Assembly: GCA_963812605.1 (NCBI GenBank)
Contig: CAWEWF010000014.1
Span: forward strand, 768,001-832,000
Origin: an uncultured Verrucomicrobiae bacterium
GTDB taxonomy: Bacteria; Verrucomicrobiota; Verrucomicrobiia; Palsa-1439
Length of the DNA stretch: 64,000 bases
Direction: 5' to 3'
In this document: in pieces, positions 31,605 through 46,177 of the stretch
Layout of the letters: the number at the start of each line of letters is the position of its first letter
Position numbering within the stretch: the stretch's first letter is position 1
Translations under genes and position numbers: made by a program
The notes under the pieces: generated by a model
Told to the model about the DNA's origin: nothing
The model's input: only the letters and a program-made list of their open reading frames with translations
The model's database searches: none

Positions 31605-34600
31605 CTAGATCACTGCCTCCTCCGGTTGCGCTTCAATTTTCTCCTCGCGCGGCTGTTCTACTGGCTCCGCCAGCGGCACCAATTTCACGCTGCGCAGCGC
31701 CCCAAATCCCGTCCCAGCGGGGATGAGGTGACCCATGATCACATTTTCCTTGAAGCCACGCAAATGATCGACACGCCCGAGGGTCGCCGCTTCCGTCAAG
31801 ACACGCGTCGTGTCCTGGAACGACGCCGCGCTGATAAACGACTCGGTCTCCAGCGAGGCCTTCGTGATACCCAGCAGCACGGGTTGCGCCTCGGCGGGTT
31901 TGCCGCCCGCTTCCGCAACGCGCTTGTTCTCCTCCTCAAACGTCACCTTGTCGATCTGATCGCCCCAGAGGAAACGCGTGTCGCCCGGATCCACAATCCG
32001 CACTTTGCGTAACATCTGGCGGACGATGATCTCAATGTGCTTGTCGTTGATTTCGACGCCTTGCAACCGGTAAACCTCCTGCACGTCGTTCACGAGATAC
32101 TCCTGCAAGTCCTGCGGACCGCAAACCTCGAGGATTTCATGCGGCACAACCGGGCCTTCGGTCAATTGTTGGCCCTTCTTGACAGTGTCGCCCCGGAAAA
32201 CAATGATGTGTTTCGAGTGCGGAATGAGATGCTCTTCTTCCGCGCCCGTCTTGGGGTCCTTCACAATGATCCGGCGTTTGCCGCGAACCGTACCAGCAAA
32301 ATCGACAACCCCGTCAATCTTCGCGATTTCGGCGGCATCCTTCGGTCGGCGCGCCTCGAACAATTCCGCCACGCGCGGCAGACCACCCGTGATGTCCTTC
32401 GTCTTGAAAACTTTTCGCGGCGTCTTGGCAACCAGCGCTCCTGGCTCCATCCGGCTGCCTTCCTCAACGACAATATGGGCTCCCGCGGGAATCGCGTAAA
32501 ACGCAATCACCTCGCCGGCGGCGTTCACCAGATTTACCTGCGGGTGCAGGTCTTCCTTGTGCTCGATGACGACCGTACCCATCAGGCCCGTGGCTTCATC
32601 GAGCTCGCGCTTCACAGTAATACCCTCGATCAAGTCATGGAACTTAACCGTGCCGGCGACCTCGGAAAGCACCGGCACGTTGTACGGGTCCCATTGCACG
32701 AACACATCGCCCTTCTTCACGCGCCCGCCATCCAGTGTGGCAATCTCGGCGCCGACGACCACGGAGTAACGTTCCAATTCCCGTCCTTCGTCATTGCTAA
32801 CGACAACCTGGCCGTTCTTGTTCAGTACGACCCAATTGCCTTCCGCGCGTTGGACCGCGCGCACGTCCTGATAATGAAGGACACCGTCGTTCTTGGCCTT
32901 GATTTGGGGCTGCTTGAACACCTGGCTCGCGGTACCACCAATGTGGAAGGTGCGCATCGTGAGCTGTGTGCCCGGTTCGCCAATTGACTGCGCGGCAATG
33001 ATGCCGATCGCCTGGCCCAACTTCACCATTTTGCTCGTGGCCAGGTTGCGTCCGTAACACATCCCGCAGACTCCCCGGCGTGATTCGCAGGTGAGCACCG
33101 AACGAATCTTGATGCGTTCGATACCCAGCTTGTTGATCGCTTCCGCCGCCGCCTCGTCGATTTCGGTGTTGGCCTTCACGATCTTCTTTTTGCTGATCGG
33201 ATCGCTGATGTCTTCCGCGGCGATGCGCCCGATAATGCGCTCACTCAGTCTGACCACTTCATCTTCGCCCTCGAAGATCGGTTTGACCCAAATGCCATTG
33301 ACGGTCCCGCAATCTTCCTCGAGAACAATGACATCCTGCGCCACATCGACGAGCTTGCGCGTGAGATAGCCGGAGTCCGCGGTCTTGAGAGCGGTATCGG
33401 CCAGACCTTTGCGCGCGCCATGCGTCGAAATAAAGTATTCCAGCACGCTGAGTCCCTCGCGGAAGTTCGACAAGATCGGCCGCTCGATGATTTCACCCGA
33501 CGGCTTGGCCATCAATCCGCGCATACCCGCAAGCTGACGAATCTGCTGGCGCGAGCCGCGGGCCTTGCTGTCCACCATCATGAAGACCGGATTCAATTCC
33601 GCGCGGCCTTCATTGTGTTCCATCGCGGCATACATGATGTTGGAAATCTTGTCCGTCGCATGGGTCCAGATATCGATGATCTTGTTGTAACGCTCGCCGT
33701 CCGTAATGATGCCGCGACGGTACTGCTTCTCGACATCGGCGACATCTTTCAGCGCTTCTTCGATCACCACCGTCTTTTCCTTCGGCACAATCATGTCTTC
33801 AATGCCGATGGAGACTCCCGCCAGCGTGGCATGTTCAAAACCAAGGGCCTTGAGCTTGTCCAGGACCTCGACCGTCTTGGGATGTCCGGCGGTACGGTAG
33901 CACTGCCAGATAATGTCGCCCAAGGACGACTTATTGGTCGATCGGTTGATAAAACCGAGTTCCGGCGGCCAGATTTCGTTGAAGAGCACACGCCCGACCG
34001 TGGTCTCAATGACTTTCGATGTGGGATCGCCGTACACTGTCGTGCGACCGTAATCCGGATTCTTCAAGCGAATGCGCTCGTGCGTCTTCACGTCACGCTC
34101 GTCGTGGCAGAAGAACACTTCTTGTGCGTCAGAGAACAACTTCAGGCGCTTGGTTTCGCCACTGCGGTCCTTCTTGCCGCCATGCGTGAGGTAGTACACG
34201 CCCAAGGCGATGTCCTGCGTCGGCGTCGTGATCGGCTTGCCACTCGAAGGTGAGAAGATATTGTTCGGCGCGAGCATGAGCAGCCGCGCTTCCATCTGGG
34301 CCTCGACGGACAGCGGCACGTGCACGGCCATCTGGTCGCCGTCGAAGTCCGCATTGTAGGCGGTGCAAACCAGCGGATGGATCCGGATGGCGTCGCCTTC
34401 GATGAGTTGCGGCTCGAACGCCTGAATGGACAGGCGATGCAGCGTCGGAGCGCGATTAAGCAGAACGGGATGTCCCTTGCTGACCTCTTCGAGAATGTCC
34501 CAGACCTCGGGCGATTGCCGCTCGATCAGCTTTTTCGCAGAACGAATCGTATGAACCAAACCCATTTCGCGCAGCCGGCGGATGATAAACGGCTCGAACA

Positions 34601-35768
34601 GCACCAGCGCCATTTTCTTGGGCAACCCGCATTGGTTCAACTTCAACTCGGGACCGATGACAATAACGGAGCGTCCGGAATAATCCACGCGCTTCCCAAG
34701 CAGATTTTGGCGGAAACGGCCCTTGCTTGCCCTTGAGCATATCCGCCAGGGATTTCAGGGAACGGCTGCCCGCGCCCGTGACTGGCCGGCCATGGCGTCC
34801 GTTGTCGAGCAAGGCATCCACTGCTTCCTGCAACATGCGCTTCTCGTTGCGAATGATGACATCGGGCGTGCGCAATTGCAGCAGGTTCTTGAGGCGGTTA
34901 TTCCGGTTGATCACGCGGCGATACAAATCATTGAGATCGCTGGTGGCAAAACGTCCGCCTTCCAACGGAACCAGTGGACGGAGATCCGGCGGAATCACCG
35001 GCAACACTTCAAGGATCATCCATTCCGGACGCATCTTGGAATTGAGAAAACCCTTCGCGAGCTTCAACCGCTTGGCAATCTTCTTGCGGATCTGTTTGCT
35101 CTTGGTCGCGTCGAGTTGATGTTCCAACTCGTGCGCGAGTTTGCGCAGGTCAATTTTCGCCAGGGATTCCTTCACGGCCTCGGCGCCCATCTTGGCGGCA
35201 AAGCCGTCGGCGTATTGCTCACGGGCCTCACGGTACTCCATCTCGGTGAGCAACTGCTTGTCCTTCAGTGGCGTCTTGCCCGGATCGACGACCATGTAAT
35301 CTTCGTAATACAACACGCGTTCGAGATCACGCGCCGTCATGTCCAGCATCAGGCCCATGCGCGACGGCATGCACTTGAAAAACCAAATATGGCTGACCGG
35401 CACCGCCAATTCGATGTGGCCCATGCGTTCCCGGCGCACGCGGGCCAGCGTCACCTCGACGCCGCAACGATCACAGATCACGCCGCGATGCTTGATGCGC
35501 TTGTACTTGCCGCAATTACATTCCCAATCACGCACCGGACCGAAAATCCGTTCACAAAACAGACCGCCCTTTTCCGGCTTAAATGTGCGGTAGTTGATCG
35601 TTTCCGGGTTCTTGACTTCCCCGTGTGACCAGGAGCGAATCGTGTCCGGCGATGCCACGCCGATGCTGACTTGGTCGAAGGTGTCCGCTTTCTCCAAACC
35701 GAGCGCGGCGCGCGCGGCCGCGGTGGCTGCCGCGACGGAGGGTAATGAGGTTCCAGGTTTTGCTGCGA

Positions 35769-35772
<4 letters not shown>
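31605..35772 (-). CDS. rpoC: RNA polymerase subunit beta'; apparent +1 frameshift near 34711
   Basis: NADFDGD catalytic motif and Zn finger; an extra G breaks KGKQGRFRQN; ATGA overlap with rpoB. Confidence 0.98.
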
Positions 35773-39563
<3,791 letters not shown>

Positions 39564-39671
39564 TGCTTACTTCCCGGGCATTGCTGCCCTCTGACTGCTG
39601 CTGTTTGCCAACCGGTTTCATGGGGACGCGGCGCGAACCGCGTCTCCACCCGAATCCCTGCGAATGAAAAA

Positions 39672-40052
39672 CTACTTGAGCTCGACCTTGGCGCCGGCCG
39701 CCTCGAGCTTCTTCTTGATCTCCTCGGCTTCTTCCTTCGTGGCGCCTTCCTTGACGGTCTTCGGAGCGCCTTCGACCAAATCCTTGGCCTCTTTCAAGCC
39801 AAGGCTGGTCACCGCGCGAACTTCCTTGATCACGCCAATCTTGTTCGCGCCCGTTTCCTTCAAAACAACGTCAAAGGTCGTCTTGACTTCGGCTGCCGGA
39901 GCCGCCGCGCCGCCGCCCGCCGGGCCTGCCGCCGCGACCGGAGCCGCCGCGCTCACGCCCCATTTCTCTTCGAGCTTCTTCGAGAGCTCCGCGGCTTCAA
40001 TGACCGTCAGGACGCTCAGTTGTTCAACAATTTGATCCAGATTCGCTGCCAT
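39672..40052 (-). CDS. rplL: 50S ribosomal protein L7/L12
   Basis: [10 protein letters not shown] and KIGVIKEVR...[11 protein letters not shown] motifs. Confidence 0.99.
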   Translation of the reverse strand: MAANLDQIVEQLSVLTVIEAAELSKKLEEKWGVSAAAPVAAAGPAGGGAAAPAAEVKTTFDVVLKETGANKIGVIKEVRAVTSLGLKEAKDLVEGAPKTVKEGATKEEAEEIKKKLEAAGAKVELK

Positions 40053-40149
40053 GTTCGTATCCTTTTCTCGGTATCGTCGCGCTCCAGAGCTTTGGAGCCA
40101 TTACCCCCGAAAGCCTTCGGGGCGACGAGGAACCATTTGGTTTCAACCA

Positions 40150-40692
40150 CTACGCGGGAGCCGCGACTGCTGCGACACCCTGTTTCTCGGCGTGAGCCTT
40201 CAGCACACGCGCAATTTGACTCGCGGGCGCGCCGAGCACCACCGCGATGCGGGTCGCCGGCGTCTGCAACAGGCCCACCAGTTGCGCCCGCAGCACGTCC
40301 AATGAAGGGAGATCGGCAACCGCCGAAATCTCCTCCACGCTTAGTGCCTTCTTGCCAAGTGACCCGACCTTGAACTTCGGTTTCTCAAATTCCTTGCCGA
40401 ACTGCTTCAACACCTTGGCCACCGCGCCGATGTCGGCCTTCTCGTTCCCGACGACCACGGCGGTCATACCGCCAAAGTCGCGGTCGAATTCCGGCAACTC
40501 GGCGGCCTTCATCGCATGACGCAACATCGTGTTCTTCGCCACGTGATATTCGGCTTTTGCGCCACGCAGCCGCTTCCGCAACTCGGTGAACTGTGCCACG
40601 GTCATGCCCCTGTACTCGGTCAGGATCACGAACGGCGAGGAGCCGACCTGCTTCTTCAAATCCTCAACAATCAGTTGTTTCTCTGGTCTCAT
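40150..40692 (-). CDS. rplJ: 50S ribosomal protein L10
   Basis: YRGMTV....LR, V.KNT and LPS...L motifs. Confidence 0.97.
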   Translation of the reverse strand: MRPEKQLIVEDLKKQVGSSPFVILTEYRGMTVAQFTELRKRLRGAKAEYHVAKNTMLRHAMKAAELPEFDRDFGGMTAVVVGNEKADIGAVAKVLKQFGKEFEKPKFKVGSLGKKALSVEEISAVADLPSLDVLRAQLVGLLQTPATRIAVVLGAPASQIARVLKAHAEKQGVAAVAAPA

Positions 40693-40707
40693 GAAAGTCG
40701 TTACCCC

Positions 40708-41412
40708 TTAGCTCAAACTCGCCGAAAACTCGTGATGATCGATACTAATCCCCGGACTCATCGTGCTCGACAGCGTGCACGTCTCGATGAAATGGCCTTT
40801 CGCTGTCGGCGGTTTCGCGTGAACAACAGCGTTAATGACCGCTTTGGCGTTTTCTTCAATGGCTTTGCCTTCAAACGAAAGTTTGCCGAACGAAACGTGC
40901 AAGTTGGCGGCCTTGTCCATCTTGAACTCCACGCGGCCCGCCTTCACTTCCTTGACGGCTTTCGCCGTGTCGTCCGTGACGGTGCCCGTCTTCGGGTTCG
41001 GCATCAGCCCTCTTGGGCCGAGCGCTTTGCCGAGTTTGCGAACTTCCTGCATCGCTTCCGGCGTTGCCACGGCCACATCGAAATCGGTCCACCCCTCCTG
41101 GCACTTCTTCACAAGATCTTCCATCCCAACGAAGTCCGCGCCGGCATCCTTGGCCGCCTGCGCCGCCGCACCCTTCGCAAAAACGGCCACGCGAACCTTT
41201 TTGCCGCTACCGTGCGGGAGCGCCACGGTGCCGCGAACCATCTGGTCGCTCTGCTTGGGATCGACACCCAATTTGAACGCCAGTTCAACGGTCTCGTCAA
41301 ATTTCGGCTTGGGCAATTTCTTGAGAAGCTCGACCGCTTCGCCAATTTTATAGTGGCGCTTTGAATCGACCTGCTTGACTGCCTCGTTATAGCGTTTGCC
41401 GTGTGTTGCCAT
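40708..41412 (-). CDS. rplA: 50S ribosomal protein L1
   Basis: KFDETVE, LPHG.GK and LGPRGLMPNPKTGTVT motifs. Confidence 0.99.
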   Translation of the reverse strand: MATHGKRYNEAVKQVDSKRHYKIGEAVELLKKLPKPKFDETVELAFKLGVDPKQSDQMVRGTVALPHGSGKKVRVAVFAKGAAAQAAKDAGADFVGMEDLVKKCQEGWTDFDVAVATPEAMQEVRKLGKALGPRGLMPNPKTGTVTDDTAKAVKEVKAGRVEFKMDKAANLHVSFGKLSFEGKAIEENAKAVINAVVHAKPPTAKGHFIETCTLSSTMSPGISIDHHEFSASLS

Positions 41413-41429
41413 AAAAACCTCGAAATGCC

Positions 41430-41858
41430 CTAATCGACCACGTCGATGCCCATGCTGCGCGCGGTGCCCGCGATTACGCGGCAGGCCGCGTCCTCGCTGC
41501 GAGAGTTCAGATCCGCCATCTTCGCCTTCGCGATCTCGAGAACCTGTTTGCGGGTGACCTTGCCGACCTTGTTGCGGTTCGGCTCGGCGCTGGCCGTCGC
41601 GATGCCGGCGGCCTTCTTCAGCAGCGCGCTGGCAGGCGGCGACTTGGTAATGAATGTGAAAGTCTTGTCTTTATAGACGGTGATGATGACAGGAACGATC
41701 GTCCCCGCGATTTTCTGGGTCGCCGCGTTGAATTGCTTGCAGAACTCCATGATATTGACGCCCTGCTGGCCGAGCGCCGGGCCGACGGGCGGCGCCGGGT
41801 TCGCCTGACCTGCCGGAATCTGCAATTTGATCATGCCCGTGACTGGTTTGCCTGCCAT
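41430..41858 (-). CDS. rplK: 50S ribosomal protein L11
   Basis: [22 protein letters not shown] and GTARSMG motifs. Confidence 0.99.
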   Translation of the reverse strand: MAGKPVTGMIKLQIPAGQANPAPPVGPALGQQGVNIMEFCKQFNAATQKIAGTIVPVIITVYKDKTFTFITKSPPASALLKKAAGIATASAEPNRNKVGKVTRKQVLEIAKAKMADLNSRSEDAACRVIAGTARSMGIDVVD

Positions 41859-41867
41859 ATTCCCTCG

Positions 41868-42434
41868 CTACGAGCGTTCCACCTGCCAGTATTCCAACTC
41901 GACCGGCGTTGAACGTCCGAAAATTGAAACTGAAATCTTCAACTTGCCGCGGTCGGGATCGATTTCGTCGATCACGCCCGTGAAGTTCTGGAACGGTCCG
42001 TCATTGACCTTGACCGTTTCGCCCTTCTCGAAGGCGACCTTCGGGGCCACCTTTTCCTGACGCTCCTCGATCTGCGCCAGGATGCTTTCGACTTCATCCT
42101 GCTTTAAGGGCACGGGGCGCTCTCCACCGATGAAACCGATAATCCCGGGCGTTTCGCGGACGAAATACCAGGGGCGATCGAGCAATTGGTTCTTCTCATC
42201 CAGCAATCGCATGTGGACCAGGATATACCCGGGGTAAAACTTCCGGGTACTGGTCGTCTTTTTGCCTTTCTTGACTTCCGCAACCTTCTCCGTCGGGATC
42301 AGCACCTCTTTGATCAGGTCCCCCATTTCCTCGACTTTGAGGCGTTTTTCGATGCTGTCCTTCACCTTCTGTTCCTGGCCAGAGAGTGTGTGGAGCACGA
42401 ACCACTGAAACTCGGATTTTATCGCAGATTCCAT
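41868..42434 (-). CDS. nusG: Transcription factor NusG
   Basis: W.V.HT.SG.E, PGYILV and KOW DGPF..F.G...IFGR.TPVEL motifs. Confidence 0.98.
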   Translation of the reverse strand: MESAIKSEFQWFVLHTLSGQEQKVKDSIEKRLKVEEMGDLIKEVLIPTEKVAEVKKGKKTTSTRKFYPGYILVHMRLLDEKNQLLDRPWYFVRETPGIIGFIGGERPVPLKQDEVESILAQIEERQEKVAPKVAFEKGETVKVNDGPFQNFTGVIDEIDPDRGKLKISVSIFGRSTPVELEYWQVERS

Positions 42435-42447
42435 CTCGTTTCTTTCG

Positions 42448-42642
42448 TTACCGGGTCAGGAAGGCAATGATCCTCAAGAACACCAGGTCCGCCAGCGCGA
42501 CGAATACGCCCAGAACCAACACCGTGACAATCACGACGACCGTTGAGTCGATCAACTCCTTGCGTGTCGGCCAAGACGACTTCTTTAGTTCGATCCAGAC
42601 CTCTGCCAAAAAATCCCGCACTCTGAGAAATGGGTTTGTCAT
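42448..42642 (-). CDS. secE: Preprotein translocase SecE
   Basis: ELKKSSWPTRKEL followed by one TM helix; position between tRNA-Trp and nusG. Confidence 0.96.
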   Translation of the reverse strand: MTNPFLRVRDFLAEVWIELKKSSWPTRKELIDSTVVVIVTVLVLGVFVALADLVFLRIIAFLTR

Positions 42643-42728
42643 CTGTTGCTATTCTCTTTCGCCTTCGCGCGCCACCGCACTCCCACCAACCTGCCTCCCA
42701 GGAACGCCGGCCCCGATTTCATCGAAGC

Positions 42729-42804
42729 TGGCACGCCAGGAGGGACTTGAACCCCCAACCTACGGTTTTGGAGACCGTCGCTCTGCCAATTGAGCTACTG
42801 GCGT
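42729..42804 (-). tRNA. tRNA-Trp (CCA)
   Basis: 76-nt cloverleaf; anticodon arm ACGGT-CTCCAAA-ACCGT; GTTCAAG T-loop; encoded 3' CCA. Confidence 0.97.
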
Positions 42805-42846
42805 ATCCGTACTGCGGTCTCGTCCGCCTCAAACCTCCCTGCACGC

Positions 42847-43002
42847 CTACTTGGTTTCGCGATGGGCAATGTGCTTGCCGCATTTTGGACAAAACTTGCG
42901 CAACTCCAGCCGCTCGGAACCCTGCGCCTTCTTGTTTCGCGTCGACGTGTAGTTGCGGCTCTTGCACTCCGTGCAGGCCATCGTGATCAACTCTCTCGGC
43001 AT
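42847..43002 (-). CDS. rpmG: 50S ribosomal protein L33 (Zn-binding type)
   Basis: Manual translation [18 protein letters not shown]...[18 protein letters not shown]. Confidence 0.96.
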   Translation of the reverse strand: MPRELITMACTECKSRNYTSTRNKKAQGSERLELRKFCPKCGKHIAHRETK

Positions 43003-43030
43003 TTGGCGTCAGCTCCCCGAACCTTCATTC

Positions 43031-44221
43031 CTATTCTACAATTTCAGTCACGCGTCCCGCCCCGACGGTGCGACCGCCTTCGCGAATGGCGAAGCGCATC
43101 GTCTTCTCCATCGCAATCGGAGTGATCAACTCAATTTCCATGTTCACGTTGTCGCCGGGCATCACCATCTCGACGCCCTGCGGCAATTTCGCCACGCCCG
43201 TGACATCCGTGGTGCGGAAATAGAACTGCGGGCGATAGCCATTGAAGAACGGCGTGTGACGGCCACCTTCGTCCTTGCTCAGGACGTACACTTCGGCCTT
43301 GAACTTCTTGTGCGGCTTGATCGAACCGGGCTTGGCCAGCACCTGACCGCGCTCGATACCTTCCTTTTCAATGCCGCGCAGGAGCAGGCCGACATTGTCC
43401 CCCGCCTCCGCCTGGTCCAGGATCTTGCGGAACATTTCCACACCGGTCACGACCGTTTTCGCGGTGTCGCGCAAGCCGACGATTTCAACTTCTTCACCGA
43501 CCTTGACCGTGCCGCGCTCCACGCGACCCGTCGCCACGGTGCCGCGACCTGTGATCGAAAACACATCTTCGACGGGCATCAGGAACGGTTTGTCAATTTC
43601 GCGGGTGGGCTGCGGAATGAACTCGTCAACCGCCTTCACCAACTCCAAAAGTTGCTTCTCCGCCTCGGCTTCGCCCGCCAGCGCTTTCGAAGCGCTCACC
43701 CGAACCACCGGCACTTTGTCACCGGGGAATTGATACGCGGAGAGCAGTTCGCGAACTTCGAGTTCGACGAGGTCCAGCAGTTCCGCATCATCGACCAGAT
43801 CCACTTTGTTCAGGGCCACAACAATCGCGGGCACCCCAACCTGGCGAGCCAACAGGATGTGTTCGCGCGTCTGCGGCATCGGGCCGTCCGCGGCGCTGAC
43901 GACGAGAATCGCGCCGTCCATCTGCGCGGCGCCCGTGATCATGTTCTTCACGTAATCCGCATGGCCCGGACAATCGACGTGCGCATAGTGACGCTTGTCG
44001 CTTTCGTATTCGACATGCGCGGCGGCGATCGTAACCGTCTTGGTTTCATCGCGTACCGTACCACCCTTGGCGATATCCGCGTAACTCTTGATTTCCGCCT
44101 TGCCCGTTTTGCTCAAGACCGCAAGCAGCGATGCCGTTAACGTGGTCTTGCCATGGTCGATGTGACCGATCGTTCCGACATTGGCATGCGGCTTTGTACG
44201 TTCAAATTTTCCTTTGGCCAT
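43031..44221 (-). CDS. tuf: Elongation factor Tu
   Basis: [33 protein letters not shown] and [11 protein letters not shown] motifs. Confidence 0.99.
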   Translation of the reverse strand: MAKGKFERTKPHANVGTIGHIDHGKTTLTASLLAVLSKTGKAEIKSYADIAKGGTVRDETKTVTIAAAHVEYESDKRHYAHVDCPGHADYVKNMITGAAQMDGAILVVSAADGPMPQTREHILLARQVGVPAIVVALNKVDLVDDAELLDLVELEVRELLSAYQFPGDKVPVVRVSASKALAGEAEAEKQLLELVKAVDEFIPQPTREIDKPFLMPVEDVFSITGRGTVATGRVERGTVKVGEEVEIVGLRDTAKTVVTGVEMFRKILDQAEAGDNVGLLLRGIEKEGIERGQVLAKPGSIKPHKKFKAEVYVLSKDEGGRHTPFFNGYRPQFYFRTTDVTGVAKLPQGVEMVMPGDNVNMEIELITPIAMEKTMRFAIREGGRTVGAGRVTEIVE

Positions 44222-44319
44222 GCTGTCCTCCTGTCTGCTTACTTAACATTAAATGTGCTCTTCGATGAGCTGTCCTACTCAACTCCCACTCGCAGCAGCA
44301 CTCTTCTAATCCGTAATAC

Positions 44320-44395
44320 TGGAGCCCACGATCGGGTTTGAACCGATGACCTCGTCCTTACCAAGGACGTGCTCTACCAACTGAGCTACGTGGGC
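44320..44395 (-). tRNA. tRNA-Thr (GGT)
   Basis: 76-nt cloverleaf; anticodon arm CGTCC-TTGGTAA-GGACG; encoded 3' CCA. Confidence 0.97.
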
Positions 44396-44610
44396 AACAT
44401 TTTTCCAAGATTGTCTCGCGTATCCATTTTTTCGGGAACGCCTCCCGAAAAAAACCCCGGCGAAAACACTCTAGACACAAAAAGACGTAAGAACCCTCCC
44501 CTTCTGTTTCCTTAGTTTCTCTCTCAAGGAAACAGTCGGCGGGTCCTAACTACGCCGTGTTAACTTGCCTGTCTATTGTACTGTTTTTCCCCCAATTAGC
44601 GGGTGACGGG

Positions 44611-44638
44611 ACTATAGCGGATTATCTCCGAGTGTCAA
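44611..44638 (-). promoter_or_regulatory. sigma70 promoter of the tRNA-Thr/tuf supercluster
   Basis: TTGACA-N16-TATAGT. Confidence 0.7.
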
Positions 44639-44676
44639 CACCTCTCTTTGCGAATTCTGATCGGGAATAAATCCGA

Positions 44677-45984
44677 TCAAATTCGGGCACCCGCCGGGAT
44701 GACCGCATTCTTGGGGATGATGACAATCCCATCGCGAATAAAATAGTTCGGCCCGTCGAAGTCCGGACACTTACTTTTATCCGTAATCACCACGCCCTCA
44801 CCGATGTGCACGTTTTTGTCGATAATAGCCCGCTCGATTTTCGACCCGCGTCCGATGCTCATGTGCGGTATGCCCATCGCATCTTCTTCGAGCATTTCGT
44901 GTTGCGTCTCATAAAAGTCGCATCCCATGATGATCGTATCGCGCAATTCGCAATCGGTCCCGATGAACGAGCGAACGCCCACGATTGTATTCTCGATGCG
45001 GGAACGCAGGATGACGCAGCCGTCCGCGATCAGGGCCGTGCGGATATCACTTTCCACCACTTTCGATGCCGGCAGGAACCGGGCGTGCGTGTAGACCGGC
45101 GCGTCACGGTCGAAAAAATTGAACGATGGCTTGAGCGAACAGAGGGCAAGGTTCGCGTCGAAGAACGAGCGAATGGTCCCCACGTCCTCCCAATATCCCT
45201 GAAAAATGTAGGCCGAAACCCGATGCCGCCCGATCGCGTCGGGAATGATGTGCTTGCCGAAGTCCGTCTTGTCGTTGTCCAGCACCTTGCGGAGAATTTC
45301 GCGGTTGAATACGTAAATGCCCATCGACGCGAGATAGTGGTCCTGGCTGCTGGTGATGCGGACGTGCGAAAGTAACGGGTCCTGGAGCTTCAGCTCATCC
45401 AGCAAGTTTTCATCCTTCGGTTTTTCCACAAAGCGCACAATCCGCTTTTCCTCGTTCACCTGCAAAATGCCCAGCGACGTTGCTTCTGCTCGCGTCACCG
45501 GAATCGTGGCAATCGTAATGTCCGCATAGCTCTCCACGTGTTGTTGAAGGACCCTCCGAAAATCCATGCGATACAGTTGGTCGCCCGACAGGATCACGAT
45601 ATACTCGTAATCCTGCTCCAAAAAATACCGCAGATTCTGGCGCACGGCATCGGCGGTTCCCTGGTACCAGCTCGATCCGCCCGTCGTCTGCTGGGCAGCG
45701 AGGATTTCCACAAAGCCCCGCGAAAACCGGTCAAACGCGTAGCTCTGGTGAATATGGCGGTGTAACGATGCCGAGTTGAACTGCGTGAGGATGTAAATGT
45801 GGCGGATATTCGAATTGATGCAATTGCTGATGGGAATATCGACCAGGCGGTACTTGCCCGCGATCGGAACAGCGGGCTTCGAACGTTCCTTGGTCAATGG
45901 AAAAAGCCGGCGGCCTTCCCCTCCGCCCATGATGACACCGAGGACATTCGTGGGCGTTACCGGCCTGAGTCCAAGTGGAGCCAT
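44677..45984 (-). CDS. glgC: Glucose-1-phosphate adenylyltransferase
   Basis: GGGEGRRLFPLT..RSKPAVP, WYQGTADAV, LSGDQLY, FVEKP and ASMGIYVF motifs. Confidence 0.97.
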   Translation of the reverse strand: MAPLGLRPVTPTNVLGVIMGGGEGRRLFPLTKERSKPAVPIAGKYRLVDIPISNCINSNIRHIYILTQFNSASLHRHIHQSYAFDRFSRGFVEILAAQQTTGGSSWYQGTADAVRQNLRYFLEQDYEYIVILSGDQLYRMDFRRVLQQHVESYADITIATIPVTRAEATSLGILQVNEEKRIVRFVEKPKDENLLDELKLQDPLLSHVRITSSQDHYLASMGIYVFNREILRKVLDNDKTDFGKHIIPDAIGRHRVSAYIFQGYWEDVGTIRSFFDANLALCSLKPSFNFFDRDAPVYTHARFLPASKVVESDIRTALIADGCVILRSRIENTIVGVRSFIGTDCELRDTIIMGCDFYETQHEMLEEDAMGIPHMSIGRGSKIERAIIDKNVHIGEGVVITDKSKCPDFDGPNYFIRDGIVIIPKNAVIPAGARI

Positions 45985-45989
45985 GTATG

Positions 45990-46047
45990 ATACTAGTCAA
46001 ACGCCCAGCATCGCGTCAATTGACAATCTGCTGAAACTGGATACAGT
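45990..46047. promoter_or_regulatory. Back-to-back divergent promoters for glgC (-) and glmS (+)
   Basis: Minus strand TTGACG-N18-TAGTAT ending 5 nt before the glgC ATG; plus strand TTGACA-N16-TACAGT; the two -35 boxes abut in CGTCAA|TTGACA. Confidence 0.6.
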
Positions 46048-46177
46048 AACCAGCGTCGGCAGTAAAAAAACAAACGCGATTCGAAGTCCACGCAATTGTG
46101 ATTCGCCATCGCTGCCGACGCCCGGATATTTCGGGCGGTAGAATCATCGTCGCGCGACTTCAGATAAGGACCGTACC

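Noticed and set aside
44427-44454. Bidirectional terminator
   Set aside because: The order is T-run, stem, A-run on both strands, the reverse of a terminator
46048-46177. Canonical glmS ribozyme
   Set aside because: The conserved AGCGCC cleavage-site and GACGAGG core sequences are not present
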